From a virus (lineage: Duplodnaviria > Heunggongvirae > Uroviricota > Caudoviricetes): 64,000 nucleotides of DNA. A program made the translations under genes and the position numbers. Of this stretch, positions 26,100-33,107 are shown one piece after another; the stretch's first letter is position 1, and each line of letters begins with the position of its first letter. The DNA lies in IMG/VR virus record IMGVR_UViG_2675903278_000002; one strand, written 5' to 3'. The notes beneath the pieces were generated by a model. That model made no database searches, had not been told where the DNA came from, and saw only the letters and a program-made list of their open reading frames with translations.

Positions 26100-26870
26100 A
26101 AATATCAATAGGTTATGGTTGTTTATACAAATAAGAAAACAACTAAATAACAGATCAACGAAACGTCAACGCTTTCACCCGATTTGGTCTAAAAAATTGA
26201 CGTTTTCACACATCACTTCTTATACCCGTAACTCTACGCAGCAGACATCGCCACAGCGTCCAATTTTCACCACAGACGACCCAACACACTACCAACAAAA
26301 ACACACGCTCAAAATCGCTCCCGTTGCGTTACACAACCATATAAACAACTTATTTTCAGGCATAACAAAACAACTAAATAACACACATGCCATTTCCAAA
26401 AACAACCAACCTCTTTATGGCAGGCTACCGAAAAGACCCACCTCTTCTCCCCAGGCTACCGGACAACCAACCTAACTTTCACAGGCAATCCGAAAACATT
26501 CATACGCGCGATACCCACGACACGCCATTACCCAAACAGCGAAGAAACACCAGAATCACTGAACCCCCAACGAAGCCTGTAACCGCAAGGCTTCTCTCAA
26601 TCCCAAAAGACACGAAACAGAACAATCACGGGAAACGCCATTACCCAACACACGAATAACTACAAAAGCCCTTCACGCACTCCAGACAAACAACTCAAAC
26701 ACAATAACGAAAGGAATCGCCCACCTGCCATTACTCCATACACGGAGAAGAACAATCACCAAAACGACGAGAACACCCCATAGAAGAACCACCGCAAAAC
26801 GAACGAAACCACATACACCGACAGAGAGAACAACACACCCAATTCACCAACAGAATTAGTCGCCGTATAG
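26100..26870 (+). other. A+C-skewed, G/T-poor non-coding tract
   Basis: By hand count, about 100 G in 780 nt, and 70-80% A+C in the lines I counted. Track ORFs here translate to low-complexity T/P/Q/N/H sequence. Confidence 0.6.
26421..26510 (+). repeat. Three tandem ~30-bp repeats (CAGGCTACCGnAnAAnCCnACCT...)
   Basis: Units start at 26421, 26452 and 26482. A related triplet lies at 30416-30500. Confidence 0.6.
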
Positions 26871-26981
26871 AACGTTCTGGAAGGAGTGAGTGTTAACGTC
26901 CATAGAGAGGTTGAGACAGATAAAACACGAATAAAACACAACATGTATAGCGAAGAAGCCAGGTATGTATAAGTGGGGAGA

Positions 26982-27007
26982 GAAGGAGGGGTGTCGCCTC
27001 CTTTTTC
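26982..27007 (+). terminator. Rho-independent terminator closing the A+C-rich tract
   Basis: AAGGAGG-ggtgtcg-CCTCCTT followed by TTT. Confidence 0.6.
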
Positions 27008-27069
27008 GTATTTATTCAACTCCTGATTTTACCCCCCGTAACACCCCTACGGTCAGCCTTCGGTCCATA

Positions 27070-27205
27070 CAGGGAAAAGGCTGCATCCCGCTACAGAAAC
27101 GGCTGGGTTGCCTTCGGGGAACGGCTGGAGGTTTTCAGGGAAACGGTCGAGTTGCCTGTGTGGATTTCGGGAAAAGGCTCGATGCCGGTTCAGGAACGGT
27201 GGCGT
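27070..27205 (+). repeat. Iteron-like array: six direct repeats (G/C)GGAAA(A/C)GGCT
   Basis: The GG anchor of each repeat falls at 27079, 27101, 27123, 27145, 27176 and 27198, giving spacings of 22, 22, 22, 31 and 22 bp. Confidence 0.7.
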
Positions 27206-27342
27206 ACCGGTATAGCGTGAGGGAGAGTTGCGGCTGTCCACCTGTAATGTGCGGGAAGAAGAGAGGCGCTCACGTGCAGGCGAACTTACTTACCGCTGGA
27301 TTCCCTCTGAATGCCCAGCTACAGCGTAATTGTGCCAGACAG

Positions 27343-27489
27343 TCAGCGGGTCACAATCGATTTCAGTAGGTTTTCGGGGAGAAGAAAATTCTGCCCACCA
27401 GCCCTGCGGCGCGCGTAGAGCAGAATATCGTAAATACTGGTTCCGTGTCGTTCCCGGATACTCACTACCCAGCCTGGCTTTCCCGACAT
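27343..27489 (-). CDS. Possible 48-aa basic protein
   Basis: Internal ATG has AAAGGA 4 nt upstream and gives MSGKPGWVVSIRERHGTSIYDILLYARRRAGGQ... It is divergent from the 27583 gene. The track start at 27546 lies inside Box A. Confidence 0.3.
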   Translation of the reverse strand: MSGKPGWVVSIRERHGTSIYDILLYARRRAGGQNFLLPENLLKSIVTR

Positions 27490-27536
27490 AAAATCCTTTT
27501 CCGCCTTTGTCTTATTGCGATAATAACACCAACAAG

Positions 27537-27551
27537 TAAACAACATGTTTA
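27537..27551. promoter_or_regulatory. Box A palindrome copy
   Basis: TAAACAACATGTTTA, preceded by GATAATAACACCAACAAG (a shared -10-like context). Confidence 0.6.
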
Positions 27552-27582
27552 GACGTTATATAAACGAAGTGAGGATGAAGAG

Positions 27583-27801
27583 ATGATTAAGATGCCTGTG
27601 ACGGTTGAGGTGTGGGGCGTGGATTCCCTGGCTGAGTGTCTGGATGCAGTGGGGCCGGAGTTGTACCGCAAGTTGTGGTCGTTCGTCCCGGCAGAAGGGG
27701 AATCGCCCAAAGGGAAGGATATCTGGCACCTGCTGAGTGAAGATGAAAAGCGGGAGCTGGTGGACGCGGTACACAGCGAGTTCCCGGGCGACGAAGATTA
27801 A
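27583..27801 (+). CDS. Small acidic hypothetical protein (cassette 1)
   Basis: 72 aa. GAGGA lies 7 nt upstream. Confidence 0.5.
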   Translation: MIKMPVTVEVWGVDSLAECLDAVGPELYRKLWSFVPAEGESPKGKDIWHLLSEDEKRELVDAVHSEFPGDED

Positions 27802-27806
27802 GAGTG

Positions 27807-27830
27807 AGGCCACCAGCACGGTGGCTTTTG
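27807..27830 (+). terminator. Rho-independent terminator
   Basis: GCCACC-agcac-GGTGGC followed by TTTT. Confidence 0.7.
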
Positions 27831-27912
27831 TCGCTATTAACCTCCGGGCAGCGCAGCACCGTAACGATATACTTTGTGGCCGTTTTCTTACTGGTATTGT
27901 TTACGCAATTCA

Positions 27913-27927
27913 GAAAACAACATGTTT
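27913..27927. promoter_or_regulatory. Box A palindrome copy
   Basis: GAAAACAACATGTTT, 12 nt upstream of ATG 27940. The ~65-bp upstream context is duplicated at 28352-28411. Confidence 0.6.
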
Positions 27928-27939
27928 AAGGATTGCGTT

Positions 27940-28269
27940 ATGTTTGCAAATATCGACATCAACCAAATCAAGAAAATGACTCAAAAAGAGTTTGACCAGT
28001 TTTATGAGTTAGAAGGTTGGTCTTCCACTCTGATCAATTCGCGGTGGGTGCTTGAGCTGATGACTCGTGATGACGCACCTGCTTTGATGATTTGCGACAT
28101 GGGTGAAGATGCTGACTTTATGGATATGAGCGAATTTTGTGTGGACACATACAACCGCAGCCAGAAGTACTACTTCACATGCGATAGCGAAAATGACGTG
28201 ATTTCTAAGGTCTATCTTCACCTCGTCCAGCATTGGGACGTTCAGGAGTTTCTTGAAGTATTCGAGTAA
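27940..28269 (+). CDS. Small acidic hypothetical protein (cassette 2)
   Basis: ATG 27940 has AAGGA 7 nt upstream. 109 aa. Confidence 0.5.
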   Translation: MFANIDINQIKKMTQKEFDQFYELEGWSSTLINSRWVLELMTRDDAPALMICDMGEDADFMDMSEFCVDTYNRSQKYYFTCDSENDVISKVYLHLVQHWDVQEFLEVFE

Positions 28270-28278
28270 CCCCAACCA

Positions 28279-28304
28279 AAGCCAGCATTGCTGGCTTAAT
28301 TTCT
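28279..28304 (+). terminator. Hairpin terminator (weak U-tract)
   Basis: AAGCCAGC-att-GCTGGCTT followed by aatttctc. Confidence 0.5.
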
Positions 28305-28396
28305 CTATAGCCGCAGGGAAGAACCTGCATATCGCTCATGCACCTGATCAATATGCTTTGTAGCCGTTTTCTTACTGGTATTATTTACGCCATTGA

Positions 28397-28411
28397 GAAA
28401 ACAAGTTGTTT
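28397..28411. promoter_or_regulatory. Box A palindrome copy
   Basis: GAAAACAAGTTGTTT, 11 nt upstream of ATG 28423. Confidence 0.6.
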
Positions 28412-28422
28412 ACGGAGTTGTG

Positions 28423-28734
28423 ATGAAAAAATCATTGGTTCTTGGTCTGGACAAAGACCAGAAGAGAAAAGAGAAGCCTGCGCTGGTTGCTCAATTAACT
28501 TTGCTGGACATCGTTGCCAATGGAACCTCTATTCGTCTGTTCCGTGAAACAGCGGTGTCTTTCGATAAAAACACCTTTACTCGTTATGTAATGAATGTTC
28601 GTCGCCAGCGTGGAAAAGGCTGGGTGGCATTTCAAAGAATGTGGCCGGAACATCAGCTCGAACTGGCTTTGATGGAAGTTAACCGCGTGGCCCAGCAAGA
28701 GATTCAGAGAGCATCAGTGATGGCAATAGCCTGA
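28423..28734 (+). CDS. Small basic hypothetical protein (cassette 3)
   Basis: ATG 28423 has GGAG 5 nt upstream. 103 aa. Confidence 0.5.
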   Translation: MKKSLVLGLDKDQKRKEKPALVAQLTLLDIVANGTSIRLFRETAVSFDKNTFTRYVMNVRRQRGKGWVAFQRMWPEHQLELALMEVNRVAQQEIQRASVMAIA

Positions 28735-28768
28735 TAATGTGCAAGTGGTAATTAGTCGACAGTACGAC

Positions 28769-28797
28769 AGCCCCGCCATCCTTACGGGGCTTTTTTG
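28769..28797 (+). terminator. Rho-independent terminator
   Basis: GCCCCG...CGGGGC followed by TTTTTT. Confidence 0.85.
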
Positions 28798-28801
28798 TAT
28801 T

Positions 28802-28817
28802 GTAAGTACATACTTAT
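28802..28817. promoter_or_regulatory. Box B palindrome copy
   Basis: GTAAGTACATACTTAT. This is the only cassette in the array that carries Box B instead of Box A. Confidence 0.55.
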
Positions 28818-28860
28818 GATCATAGAATATAAAAATAACCAAAACACTACGGAGAGTGAA

Positions 28861-29256
28861 ATGACCGTTAAACGCGAAAAACTGACAGTTGATGTTTACT
28901 ATGCCTCTGAAACCGCCGAAGGTAAGAATGTGGCAAAAATCACCGTTGTTACGTACAACACCGAAACTGGTGCCGAAGTCCAGGCCAGTACGATCGTGCG
29001 TAAAGGTGATGCCTCCGACGGCGAGTACGCGACTCAATACCAGTCCATTCTCGATGCAACTGACCCGCTGCTGCTGAAAATCGAGAACTACTTCCGCCAG
29101 GTTGATGAAGAGGTGTTTGAAACCATGATGAATATGGTTAACACCGTATTCGCCTCCAACCTGAATACCAACACTACCTGGATTGGTCAGTACGGCCTGC
29201 GCATTACCTCTGGCATTCCTGCCGACACCTTAATCCCTGAAAGCGTATTCGCTTAA
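28861..29256 (+). CDS. Hypothetical protein (cassette 4)
   Basis: ATG 28861 has GGAG 6 nt upstream. 131 aa. Confidence 0.5.
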   Translation: MTVKREKLTVDVYYASETAEGKNVAKITVVTYNTETGAEVQASTIVRKGDASDGEYATQYQSILDATDPLLLKIENYFRQVDEEVFETMMNMVNTVFASNLNTNTTWIGQYGLRITSGIPADTLIPESVFA

Positions 29257-29264
29257 TCCTCTTT

Positions 29265-29292
29265 AAATGGCGCGTAAACCGCGCCATTTTCT
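29265..29292 (+). terminator. Rho-independent terminator
   Basis: AATGGCGCG-taaac-CGCGCCATT followed by TTTC. Confidence 0.8.
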
Positions 29293-29300
29293 TATGCCCG

Positions 29301-29315
29301 ATAACAATTTGTTTT
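29301..29315. promoter_or_regulatory. Box A palindrome copy
   Basis: ATAACAATTTGTTTT. Confidence 0.55.
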
Positions 29316-29373
29316 CTGCCTTATCTGATTTGTGAAAATGATTTCACTGAAGCAACTTAATAAGGAAACCATC

Positions 29374-29748
29374 ATGGGACTTGATATCTATATCGAGACA
29401 CAGCCTAAAAACGATCTGAATAACGAGGCATCCAGAAAGCAGGTTGCTTACTTCCGTAAGTTCAATGCGCTCGTTGGGTGGATGGAGCGCAACGTAGGTG
29501 AAGTCGAAAATTGTGAGCTTTTAGAATTAACGATGAATGACATTTGTTTTCTGAAGGCTCATTTGATGCACATAAACGAAAGTAATTGCGAAGAGTACTT
29601 GCCTACCCGGGAAGGTTTTTTCTTCGGCAGTCAGGAGTACGATGAAGGTTACTGGCATGATGTGGGGCAGTTGAAAGAGCTTGTGGAAGATCTGATTAAG
29701 AACCACGACTTTCACAATAACAGACTGACCTTCTGCGCCTGGTGGTAA
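29374..29748 (+). CDS. Hypothetical protein (cassette 5)
   Basis: ATG 29374 has AAGGA 7 nt upstream. Begins MGLDIYIETQ... 124 aa. Confidence 0.5.
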   Translation: MGLDIYIETQPKNDLNNEASRKQVAYFRKFNALVGWMERNVGEVENCELLELTMNDICFLKAHLMHINESNCEEYLPTREGFFFGSQEYDEGYWHDVGQLKELVEDLIKNHDFHNNRLTFCAWW

Positions 29749-29750
29749 AT

Positions 29751-29894
29751 ATGGGCGATTTCAAGAAACGCCTGAAGGAAAGAGCCGAGATGGTCAGAAA
29801 GCAAAACGCCTCTTCTGTCATCAGATACGCAAGGCAGTTTAGTCGCAACAACAAATCAGTTGAGGAAAAGATCCTTAGCGTAATCGGTCGATAA
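29751..29894 (+). CDS. 47-aa basic microprotein (not in ORF track)
   Basis: ATG lies 2 nt after the upstream stop. I translated it by hand as MGDFKKRLKERAEMVRKQNASSVIRYARQFSRNNKSVEEKILSVIGR. Confidence 0.4.
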   Translation: MGDFKKRLKERAEMVRKQNASSVIRYARQFSRNNKSVEEKILSVIGR

Positions 29895-29901
29895 TTATTA
29901 A

Positions 29902-29921
29902 GGCCACCAGCATTGGTGGTC
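29902..29921 (+). terminator. Conserved GGCCACCA/TGGTGG hairpin (no U-tract)
   Basis: The context ATTAAGGCCACCAgcatTGGTGGtCTTAAATGAC is nearly identical to that at 30367-30400. Confidence 0.45.
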
Positions 29922-30049
29922 TTAAATGACTTTTAATAACCGAAGGTTAGTTTGAAACCTGGCTATCAACTTCCAGAACCTTTCTTGTGTATTCAGCCTG
30001 TATTAACTTCTTTTATGCCTTATCTACACTGCGATAATTACACCAACAA

Positions 30050-30064
30050 GAAAACAACATGTTT
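30050..30064. promoter_or_regulatory. Box A palindrome copy
   Basis: GAAAACAACATGTTT, preceded by GATAATTACACCAACAAG. Confidence 0.6.
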
Positions 30065-30083
30065 ACGCAGTGAGGATATGCTC

Positions 30084-30365
30084 ATGACTGATTTCACCAT
30101 TACCCCTAAAGCACAAAATGTATTTCTTGAATCATGGCTGGACTTGCCGGAAACAGAACAGCAAGAAATGGATCATGTGGATTATGACGAGCAGGTAAGC
30201 ACGCGATTCTTCCACTTTGAGGGATGCGTTTACGACATTGCTGACTTCATGCGAGATGACCGCTTCCCTGAATGGCACGCCAGTTATCCACTAAACGCCT
30301 TTGCCATGCTGATGATCCGTGTGGATGATTCAGGGGATACCATCGACATCGGTCTGCTCCACTAA
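30084..30365 (+). CDS. Small acidic hypothetical protein (cassette 6)
   Basis: ATG 30084 has GAGGA 7 nt upstream. 93 aa. Confidence 0.5.
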   Translation: MTDFTITPKAQNVFLESWLDLPETEQQEMDHVDYDEQVSTRFFHFEGCVYDIADFMRDDRFPEWHASYPLNAFAMLMIRVDDSGDTIDIGLLH

Positions 30366-30370
30366 AGATT

Positions 30371-30394
30371 AAGGCCACCAATGCTGGTGGCCTT
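30371..30394 (+). terminator. Conserved hairpin (perfect 10-bp stem, no U-tract)
   Basis: AAGGCCACCA-atgc-TGGTGGCCTT. Confidence 0.45.
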
Positions 30395-30415
30395 AAATGA
30401 CCATCCTGTTTCCCG

Positions 30416-30500
30416 CAGGCTAAAAACACCAACCTCTTACCTCCAGGCAACCGACAAACCCACCTGTTCCCGTCCGGCTACCGCAACTTTCCACTTTGAC
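30416..30500 (+). repeat. Three tandem ~29-bp repeats related to those at 26421-26510
   Basis: CAGGCTAAAAACACCAACCT.., CAGGCAACCGACAAACCCACCT.., CCGGCTACCGCAACTTTCCAC. Units start at 30416, 30444 and 30474. Confidence 0.55.
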
Positions 30501-30534
30501 GCCTTATTCGTACAACGATAATTAACACCAACAA

Positions 30535-30549
30535 GAAAACAATTTGTTA
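30535..30549. promoter_or_regulatory. Box A palindrome copy
   Basis: GAAAACAATTTGTTA, preceded by TTGACG-n15-GATAAT (sigma70-like). Confidence 0.6.
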
Positions 30550-30569
30550 TTTACGATAAGGAATTAATC

Positions 30570-31052
30570 ATGAATTTTATCGCTACTGTAAACGCACCCG
30601 CACATGGCAATATCGCTGTAACGTTCTCTGACATTGAAAAACGAGTACTTGGTGCATGGCGCGACAATGAGACGGTAGAACTGTCAGCACAAGAAAAATG
30701 CATTATTGCACGCGACATCATTGGCAATCGTCGTTACTCGCGGGTATTTGAGAAAGCGTATGTGGTAAATTCTGGGTTCGGAACGTTCGTCTTTCCGGTG
30801 CGCTCCGGGCGATTCTGCCAGTCCAAGCTGATTGAGTTCGCTACGCAGATTTCTGTCTGGATTAAAACTCAATCGTCGTTCAAATTTTCCGACGATGAAG
30901 CAGTATCGCAGGGGATGCGGATCGCCAACAATGCGATTAAATGCAAAAACATTACGTATACCGCTGGCGTTGATACATGGAAACTGTTTTGCGCTAACTT
31001 TATGCTGAATGTATACGCAAGCAACCGCATCCACATCCTTGATGGCGTGTAA
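30570..31052 (+). CDS. Hypothetical protein (cassette 7)
   Basis: 160 aa. SD AAGGA upstream. Confidence 0.5.
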   Translation: MNFIATVNAPAHGNIAVTFSDIEKRVLGAWRDNETVELSAQEKCIIARDIIGNRRYSRVFEKAYVVNSGFGTFVFPVRSGRFCQSKLIEFATQISVWIKTQSSFKFSDDEAVSQGMRIANNAIKCKNITYTAGVDTWKLFCANFMLNVYASNRIHILDGV

Positions 31053-31058
31053 CTGAGA

Positions 31059-31084
31059 AGAGGGCCAGAAACGGCCCTTTCTCT
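31059..31084 (+). terminator. Rho-independent terminator
   Basis: AGGGCC-agaaac-GGCCCT followed by TTCTC. The loop contains the iteron core CAGAAACGGC. Confidence 0.6.
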
Positions 31085-31099
31085 ATAGCCACCAGCTGC

Positions 31100-31180
31100 C
31101 GCAGGGAAATTTTCAGAAACGGCGAGGAACGTATTCATAAGCCGACGGGAAACGGCCAGGATTTTTTCGGGAAACGGCTG
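31100..31180 (+). repeat. Second iteron-like set (GGGAAACGGC family)
   Basis: GCAGGGAAAT, CAGAAACGGCG, CGGGAAACGGCC and CGGGAAACGGCTG. The last two are 22 bp apart. Confidence 0.55.
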
Positions 31181-31279
31181 CATTCGCCTTTATGTAGAAA
31201 AAAACATCGGGAAGCTGGTGGAATCCAACCAGCGGTTGTCGGACAGGCGAGCGGGGAAAATTATGATGACTTTCGTCGC

Positions 31280-31590
31280 CTGAGACATCCAGATTTCTTT
31301 CGTAGCATAATCACATACGTGATTAAGTGGTGTGATTATGTGAAAAATCACGCGCACATAATACGCGAGCGGATACGGAACAAAACAAAATGCCGATCCG
31401 CGCCGACAAATAAACGCGGATCACATAGCAAGAATAAAAGCCAATGATTAGCCATACGTTATAGCGCAATATAACGCATTTTAAGCGCGTTAATGTGCTA
31501 AGTAATGGGTATGTACTGGTAAGGATATAAAAGCGCGTCTATGGCGTTATTTTGGCGCTTATTTTTATGTTGTTGGAGTGAGTTAAAGAC
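31280..31590. other. ORF-free AT-rich region with nested inverted repeats
   Basis: CATAATCACA (31306) pairs with TGTGATTATG (31331), enclosing AATCAC-atac-GTGATT. GATCCGCG (31395) pairs with CGCGGATC (31415). Confidence 0.45.
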
Positions 31591-31593
31591 AAT

Positions 31594-31664
31594 AAAAAAC
31601 GCGCCATCATTGGCGCGCTATGGTGGGAGTATTGGAAACGAAAAAAGCGCCCATAGTGGGCGCT
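31594..31664 (-). terminator. Tandem rho-independent terminators for the minus-strand module
   Basis: Read on the minus strand: AGCGCCCA-cta-TGGGCGCT+TTTTTT, then CGCGCCA-atga-TGGCGCG+TTTTTT. Confidence 0.8.
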
Positions 31665-31669
31665 CGATT

Positions 31670-31900
31670 TTATTTGTGTAAACTGATTTTAAATCCCATT
31701 TCTACAAACGCTTTTAACATTAAAAATATATCAGCGTCGTTGATTCCAATATCCGAACGCTCAATATCATTTAATAAATCAATTTTACGCGTTGTTTCAT
31801 CGATAAACTCGACTGAGCGCCCAGCGTAACCAGCGATCCCAGCGATGCGATTAACAAAATATTCATTGCGCACGTTAACGCCAGCGATAAGAACAAACAT
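31670..31900 (-). CDS. Hypothetical protein
   Basis: 76-aa ORF, AT-rich. Confidence 0.45.
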   Translation of the reverse strand: MFVLIAGVNVRNEYFVNRIAGIAGYAGRSVEFIDETTRKIDLLNDIERSDIGINDADIFLMLKAFVEMGFKISLHK

Positions 31901-31921
31901 GATAAAGCTCCTTAAAAAAAA

Positions 31922-32125
31922 TTAAATAGAATTTTGAAGTTTTCCGATTAATGCGCTTAAACGTAAGTATTCACGTTTGCGCTTGCAATCTCGCTTGCTG
32001 TTGAGCAAATCAGAAAACGTAAAATTTAATTGGTCGCGTTGCGCGATCAAATCATCGATTAATTCCAGTTTATAAGCGCGATACTTTGCGCGATATTCCG
32101 CGCGGATCTTGTCATAGCTGACCAT
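31922..32125 (-). CDS. Hypothetical coiled-coil protein
   Basis: Start moved to ATG 32125, which has AAGGAG 8 nt upstream. The track start at 32170 would read through a hairpin. Confidence 0.45.
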   Translation of the reverse strand: MVSYDKIRAEYRAKYRAYKLELIDDLIAQRDQLNFTFSDLLNSKRDCKRKREYLRLSALIGKLQNSI

Positions 32126-32173
32126 TTTTAAAGCTCCTTTAAAGCGCCCACTATGGGCGCTTGATTCCATTAA

Positions 32174-32824
32174 TTACGCTTTGAAAGCATCAGCTAAATA
32201 ATTGTAGAAATCATTTTTAATGAAGCGATATTGCTGAGTACCAGCTTTCGCGCTCCCAGCTCCTTTGACTTTTTCAACAAGTCCAAGACGTTCGCAAAGA
32301 TTGATCAACTGGTTGGCTTGAGTATAGCCAGCGTCCAATTTAATTTCGCACGCTTTTTTCGCTTCATTCATTAAATCGAAAACAGCGCCATTGGTGAACG
32401 TGTCGATCTCGTCGTTAATCATATCGATTAATGCGAATACACGAGATCCGGACATATCAGCGACGGAATAAACACACTTTCCAGCTTTAATGGATTTAAC
32501 CAGATAAACCAGTTTTTCCAGAGAATAACTATTAGTCATTGCATCACGGAAAAATACTTCTGGCGCTTGTTTGCTTGCTTTGATCGCATAGTAGAAAACA
32601 GAGCACAATTTTTCGTCTTCTACAGCGTTTACAACGTTGTTGATGAAGTAAGCAAGTTTAGTGGTTGCAGCTTGCATATTTGCTTTGTCTGCTTTGGTGT
32701 GCGTGCCATTTTTATAATGTTCGTTATATGTTTGAGTTGCCAGATCTGCTTTTTCGCGCAGTTCATCGGATACAATGGAAGCAGCTTCAATGATGGATTT
32801 TTTAGAAATGATAATGTTAGCCAT
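32174..32824 (-). CDS. Hypothetical protein, 216 aa
   Basis: SD AAGGAAAAA upstream. No motif recognised. Confidence 0.55.
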   Translation of the reverse strand: MANIIISKKSIIEAASIVSDELREKADLATQTYNEHYKNGTHTKADKANMQAATTKLAYFINNVVNAVEDEKLCSVFYYAIKASKQAPEVFFRDAMTNSYSLEKLVYLVKSIKAGKCVYSVADMSGSRVFALIDMINDEIDTFTNGAVFDLMNEAKKACEIKLDAGYTQANQLINLCERLGLVEKVKGAGSAKAGTQQYRFIKNDFYNYLADAFKA

Positions 32825-32889
32825 GATAATTTTTCCTTATGTAAATTTAAAATTTATTGTCGTTAGCGTCTTCGCTTTCGACGAGTTCA

Positions 32890-32917
32890 ATTATCGATAT
32901 GCGAAAAAAGATTGCAA
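32890..32917 (-). promoter_or_regulatory. Sigma70-like promoter for the 32824 gene
   Basis: On the minus strand: TTGCAA-n16-GATAAT. Confidence 0.5.
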
Positions 32918-33065
32918 GTGTTTTTTTTAAATTTTTTGCAGGGATGAAAGTCCTAGAAATAAAAGCGAGATCGTCGAAGGTGTTCCCTAAATAAATAATT
33001 GATTGCGGCTTTAGACCTTATATATATTTAGGTTATTTGATTTGTAGATATAAAGAAGTGATGTG

Positions 33066-33097
33066 AAAAATAATAACCGGACTTAGCCGGTTATTAA
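33066..33097 (-). terminator. Rho-independent terminator
   Basis: On the minus strand: TAATAACCGG-ctaagt-CCGGTTATTA followed by TTTTT. Confidence 0.8.
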
Positions 33098-33107
33098 CCT
33101 TATAGAT

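Noticed and set aside
26119-27019. ORFs 26119-26475, 26387-26659 (plus) and 26756-27019 (minus)
   Set aside because: The plus-strand ORFs translate the A+C-rich tract into T/P/Q/N/H low-complexity sequence. They have alternative starts and no SD. The minus-strand ORF starts inside a terminator hairpin.
27070-27205. Possible CRISPR array
   Set aside because: The repeats are only ~11-13 bp, degenerate and spaced 22 bp apart. There are no spacers of CRISPR length, no leader and no cas genes.
26965-27369. 134-aa plus-strand ORF across the iteron array
   Set aside because: It reads through the terminator and the six direct repeats. Its G/R-rich repetitive translation is explained by the repeats themselves, and it has no SD.
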